In this document: positions 27,901-41,600 of the stretch, one piece after another
Layout: the number at the start of each line of letters is the position of its first letter
Position numbering within the stretch: position 1 is the stretch's first letter
From: Octopus sinensis
Taxonomy: Eukaryota
Assembly (NCBI RefSeq): GCF_006345805.1
Contig: NC_042998.1
Span: forward strand, 194,308,001-194,372,000
DNA length: 64,000 nucleotides
Direction: 5' to 3'
The notes under the pieces: generated by a model
What the model saw: only the letters and a program-made list of their open reading frames with translations
What the model was told of the DNA's origin: nothing
The model's database searches: none
Translations under genes and position numbers: made by a program

Positions 27901-30591
27901 CTGGCAAACGGCCACGAACGGACGGTGCTTTTACGTGTCACCGGCACGGGGCCAGGCGAGGCTGGCAACGAACACGAACGGATGGTGCTTTTACGTGCCA
28001 CCGACACGGGGCCAGGCAGAGCTGGCAAACGTCCACGAGCGAATGTGTGAACACTAAAGGGTTAAGATTGTATATCTAGCTATGCATGTTATATTCATTT
28101 CTTTCCAGCCTTCACACTATCACTGGATTTCAGTGCTCAGATCTCAGTATCATGCAGCATGACAGTTTGTACACAAGCATCATAGAATTTGCTTCAAAAA
28201 AAGAAGCAACAACAGCTCCCTGAACTTTTTCCACTCTATTCATATTCTGGGTGTAATTCTTTCGGAAGATTCTCTATAATAAACAATCAAAGGCTATGAA
28301 GTAATCCTTAAATGAACACATGCACTAAATTCCTCACTGATCTTGCTAACATTCACTTTGCTGCCTGTGTCTGTATATAATTTACACTGCTTTTTGAAGC
28401 AGTCTCATCATCATCATCATCATCATTGTTCGACCGTGGTCGAGACAATGGAATTTACCATGCTACGCCAGACTTCACGGTCCATCATAGCATTACGGAG
28501 GTCCTGTTGCTGGATGCCTGTATCCCTGGAGATTACATCAGGGTAGGAGAGTGTACGCCCTCTGGTATTGCGAGTAGATGGCTTCCAGAGGAGAAGAGTA
28601 GAAATTACTTCTTTTTCAGCTCTACAACAATGTCCAGCAAACTGGACTCTCCTACCTTTCACAAGAGATGATACAGGTGGTAATTTCCCATATATTTGCA
28701 TTTTAGTTGGATGGCGCCTCCACGAGAGATTTTGAGCTCTCATAAGGAGGCGAGTGTAGGTTCCATCCAACCGCCTCTCAAGCTTCTTTGATAACGTCCA
28801 GGTTTCTGAGCCATATAGTAGAATTGGCCATCTACTATATGGCTCAGAAGCAGTCTCTCTACAGCAAGAGATCACTATACTACAGATCATGATACCCTGT
28901 CAAAAACTTTCTTCAGATCAACAAATGGTATAGAGGCTTACTCTTCATTAAGAATTTCTCTTATGATTGTTTTACAAAGCATGAATTACTCCACATATGT
29001 CACTCATTTCTTTTAAAAAATTCATGGCAGTGTGACAGTTCACTACAGAGTGTTCACTCTTTTTGCTTGGACACTGTTGACTGACGTTTGGTGCTATAGC
29101 CATGGGTTGACTAATACCTTATGAGTAAAAAATTGGTAGAATGAAACTGAAAGAGGTCTGTCATGTAAATATGTATGTGTTATGTGCATGCATGCATGAA
29201 TGGGTGTGTGGGATCTTTTCGGTTTGAACGGTAGTTTTTTCTAGCGGTGTCATATGAAATTGTCACCCATAATTATGACCCTAGTATCGATCTATTGCAT
29301 TTCAATCTGTGTTAGGGTTAGGGGGAAAGGTATTTTTTTTCTTCAGAAATGTAAATAAACCTAATCTGTTTCTTAAACGAGGGACATATTCATACAGCAC
29401 AGAATGTTTTCACCTCAATAGATGTCATTGATTGGTTGAAATTGCAGAAACTGAAGAAAAAAAACAACAAATATCTTACAAACTATAGAATTTTCTCAAT
29501 AAAGCCAAGAGAAAAAGATGTTTTATAAACACATTCTACCAGTATATGAAGTTTAAAAGTGTTTAGTTACGTGGAAATTATTTTTAAAAACTGCCGGTCA
29601 AACCAAAAAAATCCGGTGTGTGTTTCTCTTACCTTGGCATGTGCACATTAATTGTAAACAAAAATCTACACCATACAAAGGATGTCGTTTGTTTGCAATC
29701 TTCTTTGACGGTATTCTGCAACCCAGCTATTGAGCTATTCGGTGTTCAAAAGACAATAAAATATTACATTACATGGTTACAGATGAGGATTGGCAACAGG
29801 AAGAGCATCTAGCTGTAGAAAATCTGCCTCAACAACTTTTCAGTGAAAGCATAGAAAAACTGGACATTAAAAACAATAAACTTCACAATCTCCCATTTCT
29901 TTTTCTTCTGTACCTACCAGAGAGATTTAGCAATTCTTCTCAGTCTTCAGCACACTGAAATTGTGATCCATAGGCGCAGGAGTGGCTGTGTGGTAAGTAG
30001 CTTGCTAACCAACCACATGGTTCCGGGTTCAGTCCCACTGCGTGGCATCTTGGGCAAGTGTCTTCTGCTATAGCCCCGGGCCGACCAATGCCTTGTGAGT
30101 GGATTTGGTAGGCGGAAACTGAAAGAAGCCCGTCGTATATATGTGTGTGTGTGTGTTTGTGTGTCTGTGTTTGTCCCCCTATCATTGCTTGACAACCGAT
30201 GCTGGTGTGTTTACGTCCCCGTCACTTAGCGGTTCGGCAAAAAGAGACCGATAGAATAAGTACTGGGCTTACAAAGAATAAGTCCCGGGGTCGATTTGCT
30301 CGACTAAAGGCAGTGCTCCAGCATGGCCGCAGTCAAATGACTGAAACAAGTAAAAGAGTAATGAGTAAGAGTAACTCATGAACTTAACACCCCCCTCCTT
30401 TTCTCTTCACCCTGCATCTATGTCAGAAATGTCTGTATTGACTGATACTATGTTATATTTCAGCATTCAGTGTTGTAATGACGAGAAATACATAGAAGCC
30501 ACCATTGAACTTGCCTTGAAGCTGCTGCTGCAGTTCAACTTTGCTTCAAGTACATCATTCAGCAAGGTAACACTGCATAACTGATATATCT

Positions 30592-30627
<36 letters not shown>

Positions 30628-33600
30628 ATACACACTTCAAAATTACCAAAACATCATTATTGCTAATGTTATTGCTGTTTTTGCTATTGTTCATTCCATT
30701 GAGTCCAAATTCTTTATTTCATTTTTCAGGAATTCTCTAAATTTTTGCCACAGATTGTGAAGACCTTGATGCCTTATTGCTGTGGTTACACTTTCAGTCA
30801 CACAGTATGTTGATTATTAATATTATTGTTTTTGTTGTTGTTGTCCTTAATGATGATGATGATAGTGTGTGTTTATGTGAGGGGTTTGTTTTATGGGGAA
30901 TAATGTCACTATCAAATGTCTACTTACATCACTGGTTACAATATGCTTTCATTCTTCCCCAATTTTTTTTTTCATATTCCCATCATCTTGGAAATGTCTC
31001 GAGTGATCCCTTGGAAATCTCTTGGACACCACTCAACAACTGAATAGGTCCATCTGTTGTCTGAGAACCATATGATATGTCTGGCCCACAGTAACTTGCA
31101 CATTCAATATTCTGTGATCACAGTGCTTACCCCCACTCTATTCTTGAATTACTTTGGTTTGGCTATTGCTACTGCAATAATAATATTCTTAGCATGGATC
31201 TTTCCATAGCCCACTCTGTTGTAGCCAGTCACTTTTCTTCGTTCTTTATAGTAGCCTATGTCTGACTTGTCCACAAGATCCTGGTTCAGTCTCTCTGCAT
31301 AGAATCTTGGGTCAATGTCATTTTCTATATCTTCAGGGTTGATCCATACCTTGTAAGTGAAATTGGGTAGATGCCAATAGTGAAGAAGCCTGGCAGATAG
31401 ACTGTACCTGTAATTCAGAAGGTCTGGCCTTGTCACACACTGTATCACACTAATTCTGTGAAATACTCGGCCAGTTACATTCATTCAAGAGGTGCAAATA
31501 ATTTAGTTGACAAATAATTGATTTTTCTTCATTGAATGACCACACACACGCATGCATGAACGTGCACACACACCATAGAAGTAGATATATGTGTATGCCA
31601 GTTCACTCTGTAAAGGAATGGCCAATAAGAAAATCATTCAACCATAAAAACCATGCCAAAAATGGTATGTATGAGTAACCTGATCCTAACCCAACAGAAA
31701 CTTCAAATAGTTACTAACTCAAATCATAATGAGCCACATGGAGAGTGGCTTGAAATGATGAGTTAGGAGAGGAGCAGCAACGATGCGATTGGTGTGATCA
31801 ATGTATAGTTTGAATATCTGCATGTAAGTGCCTGCTGAAAAATCTGAACTGGAAGGAACAGGAGTGGCTGTGTGGTAAGTAGCTTGTTTACCAATCACAT
31901 GGTTCCGGGTTCAGTCCCACTGCGTGGCACCTTGGGCAAGTGTCTTCTACTATGGCCTCGGGCCGACCAAAGCCTTGTGAGTGGATTTGGTAGACGGAAA
32001 CTGAAAAGAAGCCTGTCATATATATGTATATATATATATATATGCGTGTGTGTGTTTGTGTGTCTGTGTTTGTCCCCCTAGCATTGCTTGACAACCGATG
32101 CTGGTGTGTTTATGTCCCCGTTACTTAGCGGTTCGGCAAAAGAGACCGATAGCATCAGTACTGGGCTTACAAAGAATAAGTCCCGGGGTCGAGTTGCTCG
32201 ATTAAAGGTGGTGCTCCAGCATGGCCGCAGTCAAATGACTGAAACAAGTAAAAGAGTAAAAGAGAGAGTTGTTTGATCTGATGAATTTCACAGAAGGCAC
32301 CCTTGGACCAGATAATGTTGTTAACCCAAACAGAACACTAGGTCTACTACCAAATGCAGTCAGAATTGGTATAAATTATCAATACACCACCCTATGATGT
32401 ATCATTTGTAAGTCTAAGTAAGCATGAATGATTTTAAATGTTAGGCCAACACATCTTTCAAGAGTTCGTCATCATCGTCATCGTCATCATTTAACATCCG
32501 TTTTCCATGTTGCCATGGGTTAGATATCAAAATTGTTTCAGAGTAGTGATAGAAATATATATCATCATCATCATTTAACGTCTGCTTTCCATGCTGGCAT
32601 GGGTTGGACGGTTCAGCTGGGGTCTGGGAAGCCAGAAGGCTGCACCAGGCCCAGTTTGATCTGGCAGTGTTTCTACAGCTGGATGCCCTTCCTAACGCCA
32701 ACCACTCCGTGAGTGTAGTGGGTGCTTTTTACGTGCCACCGGCACAGGTGCCAGACGAGGCTGGCAAACGACCACGATCGGATGGTGCTTTTTACATGCC
32801 ACCGGCACGAAGGCCAGTCAGACGGCGCTGGCTACGGCCACGTTCGGATGGTTCTCTTACATGCCACCGGCACTGGTATCAGATTACGATTTTGATTTTG
32901 ATTTATATATATATATATATATATTTTTTTTTTTTTACCCCAGCTCCCCTTCAGGGTTGGTGAAAGCGATGTGGTGGGCAACGAAAAACCTGGCTGGTGA
33001 CAGTCAAGGCTAATCTGGAACCCAACCTAGGCCCCCATATCTATGGCGTTCGCCACTGGAACAAGGAGTGGTTGGAGATCACGCGGTCGTTAGCCTCAAA
33101 TCGCCAGGCCTGGTCGGCATTTGTGAGAGATGCAGCACTGAGGATGAATGAAGCCAGCTCAACCCACCCCGGGTGAATGCTGTCTCAAGTCAAGTCAAGT
33201 CACAGAAATATATAAAATTAACTGTTTATGTGTAATTAAATTTTGATTTTGCCTAATTTCTTATCAGCTCTGATTGGGTGGATATATGATCACAGACATA
33301 CTAGCCATGACCACCACCTTTTATTTGGTCAGTGTAACCCCCAACATCATTATCCAGTATGAATCTATTTCTGTAATGTTTTGTGTGTGTGTGTCTGGAT
33401 GTGAGACTCTGTTTTCGTTTCTGTGTCTGTGGATATGTTTGTGTGCATCAGGTTATGGATATGTATATGTGAATATATATGTGTGTGTCTGTAATAGTCT
33501 GTGTGTCTGTGGTAGTTCATTTGTACTGAAATGTGTCTAGATGTAGTGAGCATCAAGGTATACAAGTTAGTCAGTTCTAAAATGTTTGTTCTTAAATTTT

Positions 33601-34798
33601 AGGTTCTTAATCTGTTAGAATCTATGATATTTAATGATAATTATGAAAAAGGAATTTTGGAGCTGGATCCGTTTCCCAAGAGTGAGACTCTTCAGAAATT
33701 CCGAAAAAGGCATCAATCTTTAAAATATAAATGTGGCAAGTTTTCTCTTCAACAGGTGAGTTTTATAAATATTATAGTTCATATTTAACTAGCAGTATCG
33801 CCCGGCGTTGCTCGGGTTTGTAAGGGAAATAACTATATAAGCATTTTTAGAGAGTTACTTCCTTTATAGATGCCAATTCGGGCATTCTTAGCCATTTCTG
33901 TTTTGGTGTCTTCAAGCCATGAAGTCGTTGTTCTAAAAGAACGCTGGTCTCCTTGACAACGCATTACGACGTTGATTTCCTTAAACTCCCTTCCCCACAG
34001 CTTCACGAGGGAGGGAAGGGGGAGAAGCAAACAGGTGCAGGTGTGACCATGGACGCCAACTCCGCCGCCATCGACACACGAAAAATTATGCATTAAAATG
34101 GAATAAAAAAATGATGTTAAATTATTTTTAAAATCGTAGACTCATCGTAGACGCGCGCTAATAGCCAGACGGGCTCGATATGAATCACGACTATAAGATA
34201 CCCGAATTTGGTTAAACTGCACCGCAAAATGTGGGAGGAGTTAGGAATCTAAATCGTAGGAGACAGACACTCACACAACTACAGTTTTATATATATAGAT
34301 TGCACTCTGGTGATTATCAAATTCTCTTCTTTGTTCTCATTGGTAAGATATACAGAGGACTTAATCAGTTGTGTTTCAATTATTTATATCCATTTTGCTG
34401 TGCTAACAAGACTGGAATTTGATATTTTGTCTTCCTTTCACAAATTTTGACATTTGTACCATTTTGGGAGTTAGTAGTTATTTTACAATTCAATGACATG
34501 AACATGAAACCAGTTGTCAACCAGCTAGACTAAAGCATTCAGAGACAATTGTTCCACTTATACCAAAATTCCTAAATTTGCAAAACTTACACCAAAGCTG
34601 TCATTACGCTTAATTGAATTAAAAAATTGTTCTATCAGAAAACAAAACTATTAACTCTATCATTATTGAATAACTTAGTTTTAAATATACTATAATTCGT
34701 TCACCTCCTACATTTATGCATAATGACTTCTGCCTCATCTTTCTAGATATTTGCCATTCTCTTTCTCTACCTCATAATTCTCTTTACATGTATTATTC

Positions 34799-34856
<58 letters not shown>

Positions 34857-37800
34857 GTAGTGTTGTCAGTAGTCCTGACTCTAATTCTTACCAAAAACAC
34901 TTGTTATATCAGTAGAAACAATGTAATCCATGTAATGATATCACAAGTTACTATAAACAACTTTCTATTGGTTTTTGTAGGAAATTGAATGGTTTTTGAA
35001 AACAGGCAAGGATGTCACACTTTATAGAGGCACCCGGAGTGTAGAAAGTTTGAAATTTCTCCACAAACAACTGCAAAAGCACACCCATAAATTCAGAGAT
35101 TTAATTGTACAAGGTAACACATCTGGAGTTCTATTGTAATACTATAACTTGGCTGTGTAGAGAGTAAACCAGATGCTTTACAACATCTTGGTCACTGACT
35201 CAATCATTCTTTTTTGAGATCTCGTTATGATCAGCTTTCTATTACTTTTGCTTCAACAAGTCTGAGTATAGCAGTGATGATACAATGATTTTGAGGAAGA
35301 CTTCTGACGTAGACACAAAACCACAAATTCAATATGGGGAGTTTAGTTAATTTGTCTGATCCCAGCACACAACATGTACTTGTTTCATTAACCCTTTCGT
35401 TACTATATTTCTGACCAAAATACACCCCTTATGTGTTTCAATTAATTTCTAACATAATCATAAATTTAGTCTGGTTTCATTAAACAACTATAACTTTTTT
35501 ATTTATCAATATATTAACGTAAATTTTGGAAGATAATTTAATGAAATGTTCTCAACCAATTCTATACTATAATTTTTGTCACAAAGTGACTCTAATTGCA
35601 GGTAGATACTGGTAAATTCAACAAAATATAAAATTATTAAAATTTTGTTCAAACATCGGTATAGAAAATGGATTATTAGCTAATATTCAATTGGGTATAC
35701 AACAAAATTTTACAATAGAATTTGTTATTCTGGGTAACTTTCTGATACCCATAATAATATTTACGGCAAAATAGTCTTAATTTCATTTAAGGTTATGGGA
35801 AACCACTAACTATACTTTCTTTCGTTTTGTTTACGTTTAGCGTAACGGTTCGTTTCCGCCGTAATGATTTCAAATAGGCTCATTCGAAAAAGTAAAAAGA
35901 AATAGTCTAAGGCTTTACTCTTTTGGGAAAGTCTGTGGCTTGGTCCAGTTTCTTCAGAAAAATCACCGAAAGAAACAGTTTTTAAATTTTCACTCCATTC
36001 GGGTGCCAATTCATTTTCTTTATCGCTGTCGGAGCTCTCGGATTCACTGTTTTCACTTTCGGAAAATGAAACATCAGATTCATTATCAAATACCACGTGC
36101 TTTTTTTTTTTTCAGTCATAGAGTTAGATTTATGAAGGTCTTCAGTAGAAAATCCTTCGAATTCTGACTCTCTGCTTGTAATAATGAAATTTGTATCCAT
36201 TTTTTGTCAGAATTACAAATTTTGAAAACACAATAGGAACAAATTTCGGAAAAAAATCTCCCAATATTCACGGAATTAAAATTACACTTCGATTCTTGTA
36301 CAAAACTGTAGTTGAACTCTTTATGAAGTATAATACGTATTTTCACGAATGTACTAAAGAGATTTTCTCTGATATTCTCATTTAAATATGAATAGGTAAA
36401 TTCGGGTGGTTTTGGGCGGTTTGGTCACATTAACCAAAATTTTTTTCGGGCAGTTTGGTAACGAAAGGGTTAAAGGAAGAAAGAAAGGCAAAAATAGCCT
36501 CTACAGGGTTTTTTTTTGTTAACCTATAGTATTTGAGGGGAGGCGGTTAGTCGATTACATTTATCCCAGTGCGTAACTGGTACCTATTTCATTGACCTAC
36601 GAAAGGATGAAAGTCGACCTTAGTGGGATTTGAACTCAGAATGTAAGGATGGACAAAATGCCACTAGGCATTTTGCCCAATGTGCTAACAATTCTGCCGG
36701 CTCAATAATAATTAAGTGATAATTATTGCTTTAACATCCACTTTTCTGCACTTGCATGGGTCATACAAAATTCATTAAAGCAGATTTTCTACAGCGAGAT
36801 GACCTTACTGTCACCAACCCTAATAATATTTCCTTATTACCAGAAATATTTTCATGGAGCATCATCATCATCATCATCATCATTTAACGTCCGCTTTCCA
36901 TGTTGAACGATTTTGACTGAGGGCTGGCGAACCAGATGGCTGCACCAGACTCCAGTCTTGATCTGGCAGAGTTTCTACAGCTGGATGCCCTTCCTAACGC
37001 CAACCACAGTGTAGTGGGTGCTTTTTACGTGCCACTGGCACGGGGGCCAGTCAGGCGGTACTGGCAACAACCTCACTCGAATCTTTTTACATGTGCCAGT
37101 AAGGCAACACTGGTAACGATCACGCTCGAATGGTGCATTTTACGTGCCACTGGCATGGAAGCCGGTTAGCCGCTCTGGCAACGATCACGTTCAGATAACA
37201 CTGCTTGTATGATGTTGTTGGTGGTTTACTTATTAATAATAAAAATAATAGCAGTAATAATACTTACTTAGACTCTTGCATTGTGTGAGACGTAACAAGT
37301 GAAGCTTCTCCCAGTGTGGTTGATCTTTCACAGTTCTGTCCACTCCTGACCAACTAGAACTCATGCAGCTGAATTCTTCCTGAAATGTCTGGCACTAGGT
37401 GTTCTTGCACTGGCCCTTTTCCTTCTTCTAGTGATCATGTGATTGAAATCTTTGCATGCTGAGTGATTGGCACACAAAATGTGACTCACCAGGTGATTTG
37501 GCAGAACTTCCATAAGCAGTGTTGGTGGAACGTTTCCTTCTTGACCGTCTTTTCAGTTGTATTCCATGTTTCATTGCCGTATAGAATGTTAGCAGAACTA
37601 TTGCCTGACCTCCTCCTCCTCCTCCTTCTTCTTCTTCTTCTTCTTCTCCTCCTCCTCCTCTGCCACCACCACCACCACCATTTTTCCATACTTTCATGGG
37701 TCAGAATTTGTTGAGCCAGATTTTCTACTGCCGGATGCTCTTCGTGTCACCAACCCTTACCTAACAGAGCAACCCCAGTACTTATTCTTTAAAGCCTGGT

Positions 37801-38600
37801 ACTTATTCTATCAGTCTCTTCCATTAAACTACTAAGTCACAAGGATGTAAATACAAATGCTGACAGTCAAGCGATGATGGGAAATGCACACACACACACA
37901 GAGAGGCTTCTCTCAGTTTCTGTCTACCAAATCCACTCACAAAGTTTCTGTCGGCCTGAAGCTATAGTAGAAGATACTTGCCCAAGGTGCCATGCAATCG
38001 AACTGATATAATTAATTACTCTTTGATTCATCTCATAGCCAGACATTTGCTTTATATTTCTTAGATGGTTCAGAAGATATCGTGTGCCAGCTCGTCCAAG
38101 AATTAGCATGCATAATTCAGAATGGATCCGGTGAAGTAGCAGAGGCAGCAGCTCTCTGTCTTGGCATCATTGGACCAGTTGACATTTCTCTGTGGACATC
38201 ATCATCACAACTAAGTCGAAATCTCTACCAGGATCAATCCCAGTTGGAAAATCTTCCAGTCTACCAAGAGAATACCAAACAACAGAAATATTTCCAGATC
38301 TTCTACTTGTTAAACCAATATCTTGTTGATTCTTGGTGAGTTTTTTTGTTTTTTTCTTTCAATTAGTCTTCTGTCTGTAAATCACCACTATTCTCTTTAC
38401 TCTTTTACTCTTTTCCTTGTTTCAGTCATTTGACTGCGGCCATGCTGGAGCACCGCCTTTAGTCGAGCAAATCGACCCCGGGACTTATTCTTTGTAAGCC
38501 CAGTACTTATTCTGTCTGTCTCTTATGCCGAACCGCTAAGTGACGGGGTCGTAAACACACCAGCAATGCCAGGGGGACAAACACAGACACACAAACACAT

Positions 38601-38631
<31 letters not shown>

Positions 38632-41600
38632 AATTAATTTAGGGTAGAAATTGATATTTATCAATTAGAACCAGTGGTCTAGCATATTAAAAAAAATCCG
38701 AAGATTAAAATATTTATATATACCAATTAAGGACTGAACACGAAAAGTGGACAGTCAACATGCTAGATATAGACGTCAAATCACCATTCTCCACAAAGGA
38801 TTATGTTCTCTTGATCTGAGAACATAATCTTTTGATCTGAGAACATAATCTTTTGTGGAGAATGGCGATTTGACGTCTATATCTAGCATGTTGACTGTCC
38901 ACTTTTCGTGTTCAGTCCTTAATTGGTTATATATATATATATATATAACGGGAAGCTTTATGAAAATAAACAAAAGACGAAGGCAGGTGGAAAACAAACG
39001 AACAATTGTATTAGTATGGCGCTCAGGAAATATAAATAAAACAAGTCTTTAACGTTTCGAGCCTACGCTCTTCAACAGAAAGATACACAGAGAGAGAAAA
39101 ACACAGAAAGAAGGAGAGAAAAAATGCGTGCAGTAGCTAACGAATCAACATGGCGATCTGATTTCGGCCAGAGGTCAAAGATCAAACATGAGACGCGAGA
39201 GCGAAATAAGGGGAGATAATAGGTTGAGGGACCAGCTAAAAGTGCGTGGGAGGGGTCTGGATGTGTATGTATAGGGTTGGTGTATGTATTAGTATGTATA
39301 AGGGTGTGTGTGTGTGTGTGTGTGTATGAGAGAGTATTAGTGCGTGGGATTGGTCTGGACGTGCGTATGTATGGGGTTGGTGTATGTATTAGTATGTATT
39401 AGTATGTATTAGTACGTATTGGTATGTATAGGTGTGTGTGTGTGTGTGTGAGAGAGTATAAGTGCGTATGCGGGGTCTGGACGTGTGTATGTATAGGGTT
39501 GGTGTAAGTATTAGTATGTACTAGTATGTATTAGTACGTATTAGTATGTATTAGTTGGTGTGTGTATTAGTATGGCACATCATATGTGATGTGATGTGTA
39601 AAGTCATGTGGTGTAGTGAGGAGAAGAGGGGGAGGGGAGAAGGGGAGGGGAAGAAGAGGGGGAGGGGAGGGTGAAGAGGAGAGGATGGGGAGAAGGAAGG
39701 GGAGGAGAGGGATGAAGGAGGAAAGAGGGAGAGGGGGAGAGAGAAGGGGAGAGAGGGAGTGAGGGAGCAGAGGGAAGAGGAAGAGGGAGGGAGAAAGAGG
39801 GAAGAAGGGAAGGGGAGTAGGGGTGAAAGGATGAAGGACTGAAGAAGTGGGGGTCGGGGGGAGAAAGGATAGGTGAGGAGGGGGAGAGGGGGGTTAGATG
39901 AGGAGGGGGGGAGAGTTGAGACCAAATGGCGTATAAGAGCGAAGAGAGAAGATTAATTCCTGTTCACGGCGCAAACGGGAATCCGGATGGCCTCTGTGTA
40001 AGGACAAACCGAACACAGATAGGTGTTGCAAGGAGTGACCGGTGGAGCGGAAATGGCGTGAGACCGGTGTGTCGTTCGCAAGGTGGATGTCACGAAGGTG
40101 TTCCGCGAACCGGTCAGCCAAGCGGCGTCCCGTTTGTCCGATGTACAAGGAATTGCAGAGAGAGCAAGAGATGCAATAGATAATATTGCTGGAGGTGCAG
40201 GTGAAGGAGTGGATGATGGGATAGGGTCGATGGTGGGTGCTAGTGAGGCGGGTGGTGTTGGAGAGGTAAGGGCAAGTGCGGCAACGTGGGCGGGAGCAGG
40301 GGAACGAGCCGGGTTGGAGGTAGGGTCAGGGAAGGAGCTATGGACCAAAAGGTCTCGAAGGTTGTGGGCTCGTTGAAAGAGGGGAGGGGTCGGTTAGGGA
40401 AGAGGTGTGAAGTGGACGGGTCGGACTGGAGATGACGGAAAGCTCGAAGAATGGTGCGTTGGAGACGTAGGGTCGTGGGGTGGTAAGTGAGGGGAAAAGG
40501 GAGGCGGGAGACTACAGGGCGGGTTCGGGGAGAGAGAGCAGATACACGGTCCACGGACCGTGCTCTGGCAAGGGCGGTGTGGATAGTGGTGAGGGGGTAT
40601 CCACGTAGGGTGAAGTGGTGAGCCATACGTTGAGACTGAGTCTCAAAGTCATGGTCGTCACTACAGAGCCTACGTAGACGGAGGAATTGGGAATAGGGGA
40701 TGGAAAGCTTGGTGTGTTCTGGGTGGGAGGAAGAGAAGTTGAGGTATGAGTGTGAGTCTGTGTGTTTGTAGTGAATGGAGGTGGTAAGAGTGGAGTCAAG
40801 AATGCTAACCGAAATGTCGAGGAAGGAGACAGAGGTGTTGGAGATAGTGGAAGTGAAGTGGAGGGCTGGATGGAAAGATTGGACGAAAGAGAGGAAGGAA
40901 TCTAGATGTTCGCGGGAGAGTGAGGTGGCACCGATAATGTCGTCAATATAACGACCATATAGTTCAGGAGTGGGACCAGTGAAAGTAGAGAATATTTGGG
41001 CCTCAACATAGCCAACGAACAGGTTCGCATAGTTGGGGCCCATTCGCGTTCCCATGGCCACTCCCGAGACCTGATGGTAGAACTCATATACATATATACG
41101 ACAGGCTTCTTTCAGTTTTCCGTCTACCAAATCCACTCACAAGGCATTGGTCGGCCCGAGGCTATAGCAGAAGACACTTGCCCAAGATGCCACGCAGTGG
41201 GACTGAACCCGGAACCATGTGGTTGGTTAGCAAGCTACTTACCACACAGCCACTCCTGCGCCTATTGTGCACTTCCCTATTGTGTCATCATCACTACCAT
41301 CACCATACTCATCAGAATTAGTAACATTGTTAATACCTATTTCTTTACTACCCACAAGGGGCTAAACTCAGAGGGGACAAATAAGGACAGACAAACGGAT
41401 TAAGTCAATTACATCGACCCCAGTGCGTAACTGGTACATATTTAATCGACCCCAAAAGGACGAAAGGCAAAGTCGAACTCGGCAGAATTTGAACTCAGAA
41501 CGTAGCGGCAGACGAAATACCGCTAAGCATTTTGCCCGGTGTGCTAACGTTTCTGCCAGCTCGCCGCTTTTAACATTGTTAATACCATCACCAGCATGTT

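Larger units (their letters stand above)
26911..28061. mobile_element. piggyBac-type MITE interrupted by a solo LTR and an RTE-tail repeat
   Basis: Removing 27096-27483 and about 27500-28045 restores the reverse complement of 21951-22171; TTAA at both ends. Confidence 0.85.

Noticed and set aside
27552-28079. Recurrent ORFs with LDALPNANHS or repetitive RTDGAFTCHRHG peptides (also near 5266, 12560, 32604, 43717, 44165, 61189)
   Set aside because: Antisense translations of the RTE 3'-UTR-derived repeat, not genes.
28109-28225. Possible ATM exon (LHTITG resembles LHVIVG)
   Set aside because: Runs into a stop with no good donor; exon 30730-30804 matches that segment better and keeps the frame.
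29940-30195. ORFs with IAEDTCPRCHAVGLNPEPCGW (also near 19372, 31888, 40996, 62050)
   Set aside because: Translations of SINE family A.
39551-39925. 124-aa Pro/Leu/Ser-rich ORF
   Set aside because: Low-complexity purine/pyrimidine tract in the Penelope 3' UTR.
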